This document shows, piece by piece, positions 16,798 to 25,100 of a stretch of 64,000 bases of DNA. The stretch covers positions 134-64,133 of the forward strand of contig JAZDCY010000041.1 of NCBI GenBank assembly GCA_036679645.1, written 5' to 3'. The notes under the pieces were generated by a model, which was not told the origin of the DNA, did no database searches, and saw nothing but the letters and a program-made list of their open reading frames with translations. This stretch comes from Gemmatimonadota bacterium. Lineage in GTDB: Bacteria; Gemmatimonadota; Gemmatimonadetes; Gemmatimonadales; GWC2-71-9. Position 1 is the first letter of the stretch. Each line of letters opens with the position of its first letter. Position numbers and translations under genes: made by a program.

Positions 16798-17195
16798 CGG
16801 ATATAGACGAACAACAACTGGAGCGACTCGCCGCACGGCTGGGGGCATCCGGAGGCAACGACGTGGATCTCGATCGCGTCGCGGAACAGGTCGTCTCACG
16901 GCTGCGCTCGGGCGAGAAGGTCCCAGCACACCACCGGGTTTGGCCCTGGCTCGTAGCGATGGCGGCCGCGGCTACTCTGGCGGTACCGGGATACCAGTGG
17001 CTGCACGAGATTGGTGGCGGCCCATCAGCTCGAGTCGTTGCCGCACCGGTGTTGGATCTCCTCACGGGGGCCGAATTGGCAGAGGTGCTGGACTCGCTGG
17101 ACTTCTCCGCGCCGGTCACCGAGGTGGTGACGGCCACGTTGGACGATATGAATGAACAGCAGCTCGAGGAGTTGCTGGCAATCATGGAGGGATGA
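16794..17195 (+). CDS. putative anti-sigma factor (single-pass membrane protein)
   Basis: ATGA-coupled to the sigma gene. 133 aa with one hydrophobic segment (VWPWLVAMAAAATLAVPGY). Position is typical for a cognate anti-sigma; no recognisable ZAS motif. Confidence 0.5.
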   Translation: MTDIDEQQLERLAARLGASGGNDVDLDRVAEQVVSRLRSGEKVPAHHRVWPWLVAMAAAATLAVPGYQWLHEIGGGPSARVVAAPVLDLLTGAELAEVLDSLDFSAPVTEVVTATLDDMNEQQLEELLAIMEG

Positions 17196-17662
17196 TGCGC
17201 TGGTTGATAGCGCTTGTGGCGTTGCTCGCGCTGGCCGAACCCATGTCGGCACAGGTGCGCCCCAACCCCGAACGGCTGCGCGAGCAAGTCGTCGCCCGGT
17301 TCATCGAGAACTTCCGCAATCAGGCGGGTCTCACCGACGATCAGTTCACGCGGTTTCAGACGGTCACGCGTCGCTCGTGGCAGACACGGCGCGAGCTGGA
17401 ACAGCGGCAACGCCAGGTCCTTCAGGCCATGGAACAACAGATGCGCCCGGGCGTCGCCGCCGATCCAGACAGCGTAACCACCCTGATAGATGCACTGCTC
17501 GAAATCCAGGAAGGGCAGGTCGCGCGGGCACGCGCAGATCAGGAGGACTACGCGGCGTTTCTCGATCCCGTCCAACGGGCTCAGCTGGTGTTGTCCTTCA
17601 CCCGGCTGGAGCGGCAGATCGAGCAGATTGTGAGACGGAGGATGCAGCAGCAGGGGCGCTGA
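17192..17662 (+). CDS. periplasmic LTXXQ-motif protein (Spy/CpxP/ZraP-like)
   Basis: Signal peptide MMRWLIALVALLALAEPMSAQ. GLTDDQFTRF (LTXXQ) and LDPVQRAQL motifs; helical, Q/R/E-rich. ATGA-coupled to the upstream gene. Confidence 0.6.
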   Translation: MMRWLIALVALLALAEPMSAQVRPNPERLREQVVARFIENFRNQAGLTDDQFTRFQTVTRRSWQTRRELEQRQRQVLQAMEQQMRPGVAADPDSVTTLIDALLEIQEGQVARARADQEDYAAFLDPVQRAQLVLSFTRLERQIEQIVRRRMQQQGR

Positions 17663-19333
17663 TCACCGCCTTCTTCCCCCCAGTTCCAGCCCCACCCTGA
17701 ACCTCAGCGTCGTAAACTGCTCCCGACGCTCAATGCCACCGACGCGGGGGAAGTCGTACCGCTCGAGACTGTAGTACAGTCCGCTAGTGAGCTTGCCGCT
17801 GCGGTACTCGACCCCGGCACCGGCCTCGAATCCGAGGTTTGGCGACTCGCCTAGTCCGCTGACGGACACCACTGGCAGCAGGTACCCCCGGAACACCGCC
17901 CGCAACGCGCCTTCCATGAGATCGAATCGCGCTTCGCCGCCCGTGCGAATCGATGTCCAGCGCTCGGTGGCCGCATCGGTGACGTACGATCTGAGCCCTG
18001 TGCCCACCGTGAACGTGAGCCAGGGCAGGGCACCGACGTTCACGTCGAAGTGGGCGTCGTTGACCGTCCGGTCCAACACACCCGGTACATCGGACGTGAG
18101 CTTGCCGACCGACCCGTACGCCAGCACCTCCAGTCGGGTGGCAATGGTCCACTTGATGCCGCCGCCGAACATGAGGCCGGCCGTCTTGTCGACGCCGGCG
18201 CCGACGTCCACGCGATGCTCCGCGTGCCTCACGTCGGTCCAGAACGACACGCCCTTGGTGAACACCATGGACGCATCGGCCGGCACTTGGGCAAAGACCC
18301 CCTCGCGCGGCGTCCAGCGGCGTGCGCCGAGTGCCGCTCCAAGACCCCGCCCCCGCCCCCGCCCCCGTCCCCGGCGGTCGCCGGCACCTGCCGCACGTTG
18401 CTGAGCCTGCGCTCGTCCGCGCCGCGGCCGGCGCGCGATGATTCGGGGTCGACGGGCGATCACTTCCACCGGCGTCTCGGCACTGACCTGAATCGTTGCC
18501 GTATCTACAAGACCGTGGAGCTGGGCCACGACGCGGCCTGTGCCCTCCTCCACCCCGACTACCGTTCCGGACGCCGAATCCACCTGCACGACCTCCGGAT
18601 CGAGCGTGGTCCACGAGGGCCTTGCGCTCGGGATCGGCTCGCCACGACGATCGACGCGGGCCAGGACGAGCGCCAGTGTGTCTTCGAGCGGCTTCACACG
18701 CATGTTACGATCGGCAATGATCGCAATGCGAGTTGCTCGCTGCCGCACGCGCACCTCGACCGTTTCTTCTTCTTCACCGACGCGACAGCGCACACGCGTG
18801 ACACCGTTACCCAGGGCGGTGACGAATCCGCCGATGGCGACCACAGCCACCGCCTCGTTCTCGCTCAAGCAGACGTCCGCGAGATCGACCGGCACGAGCG
18901 TGTCCGGTAGCGCCACCGGGGTCAACTCGAGGAGCATCGTATCGCCGATCGCATCGAAACGCACGCGCCCAGGCAGAATGGCGAACTGAATTCGCTCGGG
19001 CGGAAGCTCGACCACTACCAGCGCGGACACCGAGTCCGCGCCGATGCTGGCCCAGACCCTCGTCACGCCGTTGGCCCGCGCGGTCACAAGCCCGTTGGGG
19101 CTCACTTGCGCCACTTCCGGATCGGAAGACCACCACCGCATCGCGGCGCCGGATACGACACGGCGCTCCGCGTCCACCACTTCCGCGCCGACGGACGCCG
19201 TCTCACCCGCAGCACGCAGCCGCAGGACATCGCGATCGAGCGACAGGGACACCGCATCGCCCGGTGTATCGCCGCCGCTGCGGCACGCGGGCGCGAGCAC
19301 GAGGGTCGCAAGCGCCAGCGCGATGGCTCTCAT
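17663..19333 (-). CDS. secreted protein: about three Big_2-like Ig domains, an Arg/Gly-rich linker and a C-terminal beta-barrel-like domain
   Basis: Signal peptide MRAIALALATLVLAPAC (possible but non-canonical lipobox). Repeated ...V..V...G.V.A...G...V.A modules. RRPRRGRAQAQQRAAGAGDRRGRGRGRGRG linker. Roughly 200-aa C-terminus with alternating hydrophobic strands and aromatic strand ends. ATGA-coupled to the upstream gene. Confidence 0.7.
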   Translation of the reverse strand: MRAIALALATLVLAPACRSGGDTPGDAVSLSLDRDVLRLRAAGETASVGAEVVDAERRVVSGAAMRWWSSDPEVAQVSPNGLVTARANGVTRVWASIGADSVSALVVVELPPERIQFAILPGRVRFDAIGDTMLLELTPVALPDTLVPVDLADVCLSENEAVAVVAIGGFVTALGNGVTRVRCRVGEEEETVEVRVRQRATRIAIIADRNMRVKPLEDTLALVLARVDRRGEPIPSARPSWTTLDPEVVQVDSASGTVVGVEEGTGRVVAQLHGLVDTATIQVSAETPVEVIARRPRIIARRPRRGRAQAQQRAAGAGDRRGRGRGRGRGLGAALGARRWTPREGVFAQVPADASMVFTKGVSFWTDVRHAEHRVDVGAGVDKTAGLMFGGGIKWTIATRLEVLAYGSVGKLTSDVPGVLDRTVNDAHFDVNVGALPWLTFTVGTGLRSYVTDAATERWTSIRTGGEARFDLMEGALRAVFRGYLLPVVSVSGLGESPNLGFEAGAGVEYRSGKLTSGLYYSLERYDFPRVGGIERREQFTTLRFRVGLELGGRRR

Positions 19334-20376
19334 CGGATGACCCCCGTCGTTGGAATCACGACCAACCGCGCGCTCGCCAGCCGGGCGTCGTTCCGGGCCA
19401 TGATCTCCGTGTTCTCGCGGTTGCGCGCCGTCTGCCGCCGCAGGTTCTCCACGATGTTCTCGGGAATCTCCGGGTGACTACTGCGGAACGCGAAGGCCAC
19501 TAGCCCCGCAATTGCGCCGGCACCGGCAGCGACACCGGCCTGCGGACCCGAGAAGTCGAGCTCACTGCTGCCAAACACTCGCGGGATGACGAGCGCACCG
19601 GCCGCTACACCCAACCCAACCGCCAGCTCACGAATCGCGACCCCCCCCCCGTAACGCGTGCCGAGAAGGTCGTCGCTGCGCAACTCAGCCAACGTATCCT
19701 CGAGCGCTTCGGGCAGTTGGTGCTCGATATCAAACAAGACGCGCACGGAATCCTGGCGTCCACCTCCCCGCGTACTGCTCCCCCATACCACCAACTCGTA
19801 CGAGCCGGGATCGATCAGCCCGCCATCGGAGAGTGTGCCGTTCCAGCGTATCTGTCGGAATCCGTCGTTCTGCCCCTGGAAGATCGGCACCTGCAACTGC
19901 TCGAAGATACTGCGGATCTCGACGCTGACCTGGCCCTCGTGTGTCGTCACGATATCGAGCGTGAGGTTATCCGATCGCGGGTCGATGATCGTGTCGAGAA
20001 TGGGTCTGAGACCAACCCGAAAGGTCCGTAGCTTGGCTTCGCCAAACGCGCCACGTTCCTGGGGGGTGAACTTCTGTGGATCCAGATCGGCAAACGGATC
20101 GCGCTCGATGGCTGCGAGGAAATAGCGGCCGGCGGAGTCGGGTTGTTGCAGGATGGCGTACGACGCCCCGAGGTATAGATAGGCCTGGACACGTTGGTCC
20201 AGAGACACCTCAAAGGGCGAGTTCCCCGAGACAACCTGCATGAACATGTCGCGCGCGCGCTCGACCTGCAGCTGCTCGTAGAAACCGATCGCCTGGGATA
20301 GCTGGTCGGCCGCGGTTTGTGCGGCCACAGCAACGGGCGCCAGTACAGACGCGAAAACGAGGATAATCGTACGCAC
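19330..20376 (-). CDS. secreted TPR-like / FlgD-Ig-like domain protein with a C-terminal glycine-zipper hydrophobic segment
   Basis: GTG 20376 gives M-RTIILVFASVLAPVAVAAQ (signal peptide). AIGFYEQLQVERARDMF...AYLYLGASYAILQQPDSAGRYFLAAIERDP is TPR-like. FRQIRWNGTLSDGGLIDPGSYELVVWG is FlgD Ig-like. GLGVAAGALVIP...GVAAGAGAIAGLVAFAF is a Gly-zipper. The 713-aa track ORF is an artefactual extension into the kinase gene. Confidence 0.65.
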   Translation of the reverse strand: MRTIILVFASVLAPVAVAAQTAADQLSQAIGFYEQLQVERARDMFMQVVSGNSPFEVSLDQRVQAYLYLGASYAILQQPDSAGRYFLAAIERDPFADLDPQKFTPQERGAFGEAKLRTFRVGLRPILDTIIDPRSDNLTLDIVTTHEGQVSVEIRSIFEQLQVPIFQGQNDGFRQIRWNGTLSDGGLIDPGSYELVVWGSSTRGGGRQDSVRVLFDIEHQLPEALEDTLAELRSDDLLGTRYGGGVAIRELAVGLGVAAGALVIPRVFGSSELDFSGPQAGVAAGAGAIAGLVAFAFRSSHPEIPENIVENLRRQTARNRENTEIMARNDARLASARLVVIPTTGVIR

Positions 20377-22154
20377 TAGTTCCCAGCCTCCCGCAACTGG
20401 CGGCCCGCGAGGTTCACCGTCTGATTGGGCTGTGCCGTGAAGGTCGTATCGAACGTGACAAATCCGGAGAGTTCGATCCTCACCTGCACCGGGACGCCGG
20501 CCGAGATACTGTGTCTCATGACTCGGCCGGACCCCACGCGCTCGCCATCTACGAAAATCTGGGCCGACAGCTGGCCCGGTACCAGGGACACGTTCAACGT
20601 CGCGGTCCCCGTCGGTTGTAGCGCGACCGGTTCCTGTGGCCGTGGCCGCGCTCGCGGCGGGGTGTTCGCGGGCCCCGCCCGGACGCGCTGGAGCCGGGGC
20701 GTGACTGGAGTAGCCTGTCCCGCGATCACGCTGGCTTGATTTGTGTAGTTCTCGTATCCGCCCGCGCGCACGGTGTACTCGTACGTCCCCGGCGCCAGAT
20801 CCGCGAGCGTGTGCCCCGTGAAGATCTGACCACCAATGTTGATGGTTGCGCCGTCCGGGAGCCCCGCGAACGCCAGCGAACCGGTCGTCGGCGCCGCGGG
20901 CACCGACTCTTGGAGTGTTGCCGGCACGAGGAACGAATCCAGCAGACCCGCCTGCCAGGCTCCGACTCCGCCGCCGCCCAGCACGAGCACGAGAATGATG
21001 AGCACCAACGGGAGCTTGGACTTCTTCTTCTTCTTCTGCTCGAGGGCCTTGGACGCGCGCTTGAGCCCAGACGGAATCTTGCCACCCGGTTGCGTGAGCC
21101 GAAGCGGTGGCAGCGAGCCGGTCCGTACGAGATCTATCTTGACGCCCTTCGACAGCTCGCGCAGCAGCCCGCCAGCTTCGCGCTTCTCCACGTCGGTCAC
21201 GGGCACCGCCGCGAGCGTATCGACGAGATCGTGCGTGCTCTCGAAGCGATCCGCGGGCTTCTTCTCCATTAGCCGGTAGACGATCGCCAGCAGGTCCTCC
21301 GGCGTGCCCTTGCGCACCTGGGTCAGGTCGGGGACGGGCGTGAGATAGTGATGCTGGATCACGCCCATGATTGAGTCGGCCTCGAACGGGAGCTGGCCGC
21401 TCAGCATCTGGAAGGCAAGCACCCCCAACGAGTATTGGTCCGCCTGCGGGCCCAGTTGCTGACCGCCGCACTGCTCGGGGCTCATGTAATTGGGCGTGCC
21501 GATGACCATACCACTGGCGGTGAGTGATGTCTCACCCATGGCGCGCGCGATTCCGAAATCCGACACGAGCACGCGCCCGTCGGAATCGACGAGGATGTTC
21601 CCGCCCTTGATGTCGCGGTGGATGATCTTCCGATCGTGCGCGAACGCCAGGGCGCTCGCCGTGGCCTCGAGCAGCTTCATGACGACGGAAAAGGGCAGGG
21701 CGCCCTGCACCTCGAGGATATCATCGAGGGCGCGCCCCTCGACGAACTTCATCGCCATGTAGTAGAGCTTGTCCTTCTGCCCGACCCGATAGATGGGGAT
21801 GATGTTCTGATGATCGAGCGACGCCGCCAAGCGTGCCTCGCGCTTGAAGCGTGCAGCGGTATCGCCCTGCTGGGCCATCTCGGGCGGGAGCACTTTGATT
21901 GCCACCGTGCGCTCGAGCATCCGCTCCTTGCCCCTGTACACGATGGCCATGCCGCCGCGGCCGACCTCTTTCTCGACCTCGTAGTCTTCCTTCAGCTCCT
22001 CGCGTAGCTGGACGAGCAGCGGATCTGTAGGTATCGAGGAGAGGGCCACCGTCGCTGCCGACGGATCACCCGTCTGATTCCCGCAGTTGGTGCAGAACGC
22101 GCTCCCAGCATCGAGGGGCGAGCCGCATTTTCCGCACTCGGTGGTCGTGGTCAT
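20376..22154 (-). CDS. Hanks-type Ser/Thr protein kinase with N-terminal zinc ribbon, one TM helix and two extracytoplasmic PEGA-like domains
   Basis: CGKCGS...CTNCGN; GRGGMAIVY, VAIKVL, HRDIKGGNIL, DFGIA, GTPNYMSPE. KKKKKSKLPLVLIILVLVLGGGGVGAW (TM). GSLAFAGLPDGATINIGGQ...YEYTVRAGGYENY and TLNVSLVPGQLSAQIFVDGERVG...VRIELSGFVTFD (PEGA-like). Confidence 0.9.
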   Translation of the reverse strand: MTTTTECGKCGSPLDAGSAFCTNCGNQTGDPSAATVALSSIPTDPLLVQLREELKEDYEVEKEVGRGGMAIVYRGKERMLERTVAIKVLPPEMAQQGDTAARFKREARLAASLDHQNIIPIYRVGQKDKLYYMAMKFVEGRALDDILEVQGALPFSVVMKLLEATASALAFAHDRKIIHRDIKGGNILVDSDGRVLVSDFGIARAMGETSLTASGMVIGTPNYMSPEQCGGQQLGPQADQYSLGVLAFQMLSGQLPFEADSIMGVIQHHYLTPVPDLTQVRKGTPEDLLAIVYRLMEKKPADRFESTHDLVDTLAAVPVTDVEKREAGGLLRELSKGVKIDLVRTGSLPPLRLTQPGGKIPSGLKRASKALEQKKKKKSKLPLVLIILVLVLGGGGVGAWQAGLLDSFLVPATLQESVPAAPTTGSLAFAGLPDGATINIGGQIFTGHTLADLAPGTYEYTVRAGGYENYTNQASVIAGQATPVTPRLQRVRAGPANTPPRARPRPQEPVALQPTGTATLNVSLVPGQLSAQIFVDGERVGSGRVMRHSISAGVPVQVRIELSGFVTFDTTFTAQPNQTVNLAGRQLREAGN

Positions 22155-25100
22155 GGTACGGTGATCGCTGTCTGAGTCCCGTTAATCGTCAAATCTAGCG
22201 TATCCGTCGCCGTCACGGTCTGCTCGCCAGGCGTCTGGAGCGTTACTCCTGCGGCGAACAGGTGAACCCCGGCGTCACCGGTGACGAACGTGAAGTCGCC
22301 CGGCAGCACGACAGCCCCCGGATCGGTGGTGGTGAACACTATCGTCCCGGTGTAACCTGTCGCCACGTTGCCGAACTGGTCGCGTGCCGTGACGATCACG
22401 TCCGAAGTCGCCCCCGCAGTCAGCGGATCGCTGATTCCCGTCACATCGAGGCTCACGGCCGGACCCGCCACCACCGTTATTGCGCTTTGCGTGCCGTTGA
22501 TCGTCCCGGCAGCGTTGTCTGTAGCCGTCACCGACTGCTCGCCCAGTGTGACCAGCTCGACGCCACCGCTGAAGCTGTGGATCCCGGCATCGCCACCGGT
22601 GAACGTGTAGTTAGCCGGGAGCACCACTGCTACGTCGACATCACTCGAGCTGAAGGTGACGGTGCCGGTATATGCGGGTGTCACGTTGCCGAACTGATCC
22701 CGGGCCGTCACGGTCACGTTGGATGGGACGCCTGCGCCGATGGGATCACTGATCCCCGTGACGCCGAGGCTCGCCGTCGCATCGGGATTGACCGTGATCG
22801 CGCTCTGGGTGCCGTTGATCGATCCGACCGCGTTGTCGGTCGCCGTCACCGACTGCTCACCCGCCGTTACCACGGTCACACCGGTCACACCGCTGGGGAA
22901 GACGTGGATTCCGGCATCACCACCGGTGAACAGGTAGTTCGCGGGGAGTACCACGCTCGCGCCAACATCGCTCGACGTGAAGGCCACGGTCCCGGTGTAG
23001 CCCGTGGCCACATTCCCAAACTCGTCACGTGCCGTCACCGTTACCCCTGAACTCGCCCCTGCAGTGACCGGATCGCTGATTCCCGTCACATCGAGGCTCA
23101 CGGCCGGACCCGCCACCACCGTTATTGCGCTTTGCGTGCCGTTGATCGTCCCGACAGCGTTGTCTGTAGCCGTCACCGACTGCTCGCCCAGTGTGACCAG
23201 CTCGACGCCACCGCTGAAGACGTGGATCCCGGCATCACCGCCGGTGAACGTGTAGTTCGCCGGGAGCACCACTGCTACGTCGACGTCAACCGAGCTGAAA
23301 GTGACGGTGCCGGTGTATGCGGGTGTCACGTTGCCGAACAGATCCCGGGCCGTCACGGTCACGTCGGATGGGACGCCTGCGCCGATGGGATCGCTGATCC
23401 CCGTGACGCCGAGGCTCGCCGTCACATCGGGATTGACCGTGATCGCGCTCTGGGTGCCGTTGATCGATCCGACTGCGTTGTCCGTCGCCGTCACCGACTG
23501 CTCGCCCGCCGTTACCAGGGTCACACCGGTCACACCACTGGGGAAGACGTGGATTCCGGCATCCCCACCTGTGAACAGGTAGTTCGCGGGGAGTACCACG
23601 CCCGCGCCAACATCGCTCGACGTGAAGGCAACGGTTCCGGTGTACGCGACGTCCACGTTTCCGTTGACATCCCGTGCGGTCACCGTGACTCCCGAGCTGG
23701 TCCCCGCCGTGACGGGATCGCTGATCCCGGTCACGTCGAGACTCACCGCCGCGCCGGCCACGAAATTGACGGTGGCGTTGTCGGTGATGGTCGATTCGTT
23801 GACCGCACCGGTGACGGTCGCGGTGACCGGTGCCGCCGTGCCCGACGTCAGGGTAGCTGTGTAGGTCCCGTCGTTGTTGTCAGTAATCGCACCCAGGCTG
23901 CCCGCCGTGGTGAACAGCTCGACGCCATCGCCTCCGTTCGGGAGCTGGGTGTTGGTCGCGTCGAACAGGGTAACCGTCACGATCGACGTGCTGACACCAT
24001 TCGCCACGACCTGCCCTGCCGAGACATCGATCTGCGTCTTGGTCGGATCGACGGTGGAGAACTTGGTCACTGCGAACGTGGTGCTGCCGGCCCCGCTGGT
24101 GGTGGAGATCGTCCGCGTGCCATCCGCGTTCCCCAAGCCGAGGGTGGTTTCCGCCAGTCCGTCGGTGTTGGTCGTCACCACTAGCGGCCCACACGACTTG
24201 GGTCCGTCATCGTTGATATCGTCCCGTGGCCCCTGTCCCGCGTCACAGTTCACCGTAATCGTGAACGTGACGCCGGCAGTGTTGATGGGTCGCTGGTCGG
24301 CATCGACCGTACGCGCGGTGAGCGCGAAGGGCACGGTCCCTATCACCGCTCTGACCTGCCCGTCACCGCGGACGGATCGGAGCGTAACTACGGGGCCTCC
24401 AGACGCCGGGTAAGTCGGTGCAAGCTGGACGTTGCCGGTGTAGGTCGGCGTGAACACGCCCACGAAGACGACGGAGTCGCCCGTAGCGGCTGAGTCGGCG
24501 CTCGACGTGAACGTCGTGAGATCACGCCTCGGTCCGCGACCGTCACCCCACCAGTTGTTGAGATGGCCGTTGTCGCCGGGAAGGTCCGCCGCACCCAGCG
24601 AATCGTTGTCGAAGATGTCGTTGGCGGTGAGCACGAGGCTTGTCGGTGCAGTGAACCGCGCCCCGACATTGTTCAGATACATCCGGTTTCGCATCACCGA
24701 ATCTGCGGACCCGCCGTTGACGTGTACGGCCGCCCCGACATCGACGCCGGCAAGTGACGTGACGTCGGTGATGACGACGCTGTCGATCCGCATGCCGGTC
24801 ACGTTGTCCAGACGCACGCCGTATCCGTTCACGTGCTGGATGACGGATCGGCGGATCAGTCCGCTGCCGGTAACCGTGACGTTCTGGATGCGGACCCCGC
24901 GACCCCTGATCGTCGGCGGGCCCGCAGGGTTCACGTAGAAGAACTCGAGGTTCACGGTCGCGCCATCGGTACTGACGGCAGGACCGCCCGCGGCATGCTG
25001 GAACGCCAGGTGGCGGAGCGTGACGGTGGTGAAGCTCGGCGCGGTGATTCCCTGTGGACCCGAGTTATACCTGATCGTGGGCAACGCCGTCGGCGTCGCG

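Noticed and set aside
19330-21471. 713-aa ORF, plus other over-long N-terminal extensions in the ORF track: 7617-8576, 9151-10263, 11150-12727, 13392-13712, 35515-37191, 36927-39041, 46872-47435, 47356-48228, 48072-48986, 49948-51210, 50697-51956, 51923-52399, 54510-55190.
   Set aside because: The extensions run inside the preceding, well-supported gene and translate to nonsense-like sequence. In each case an internal ATG/GTG/TTG that overlaps or abuts the upstream stop gives the family-typical N-terminus, so the starts were trimmed.
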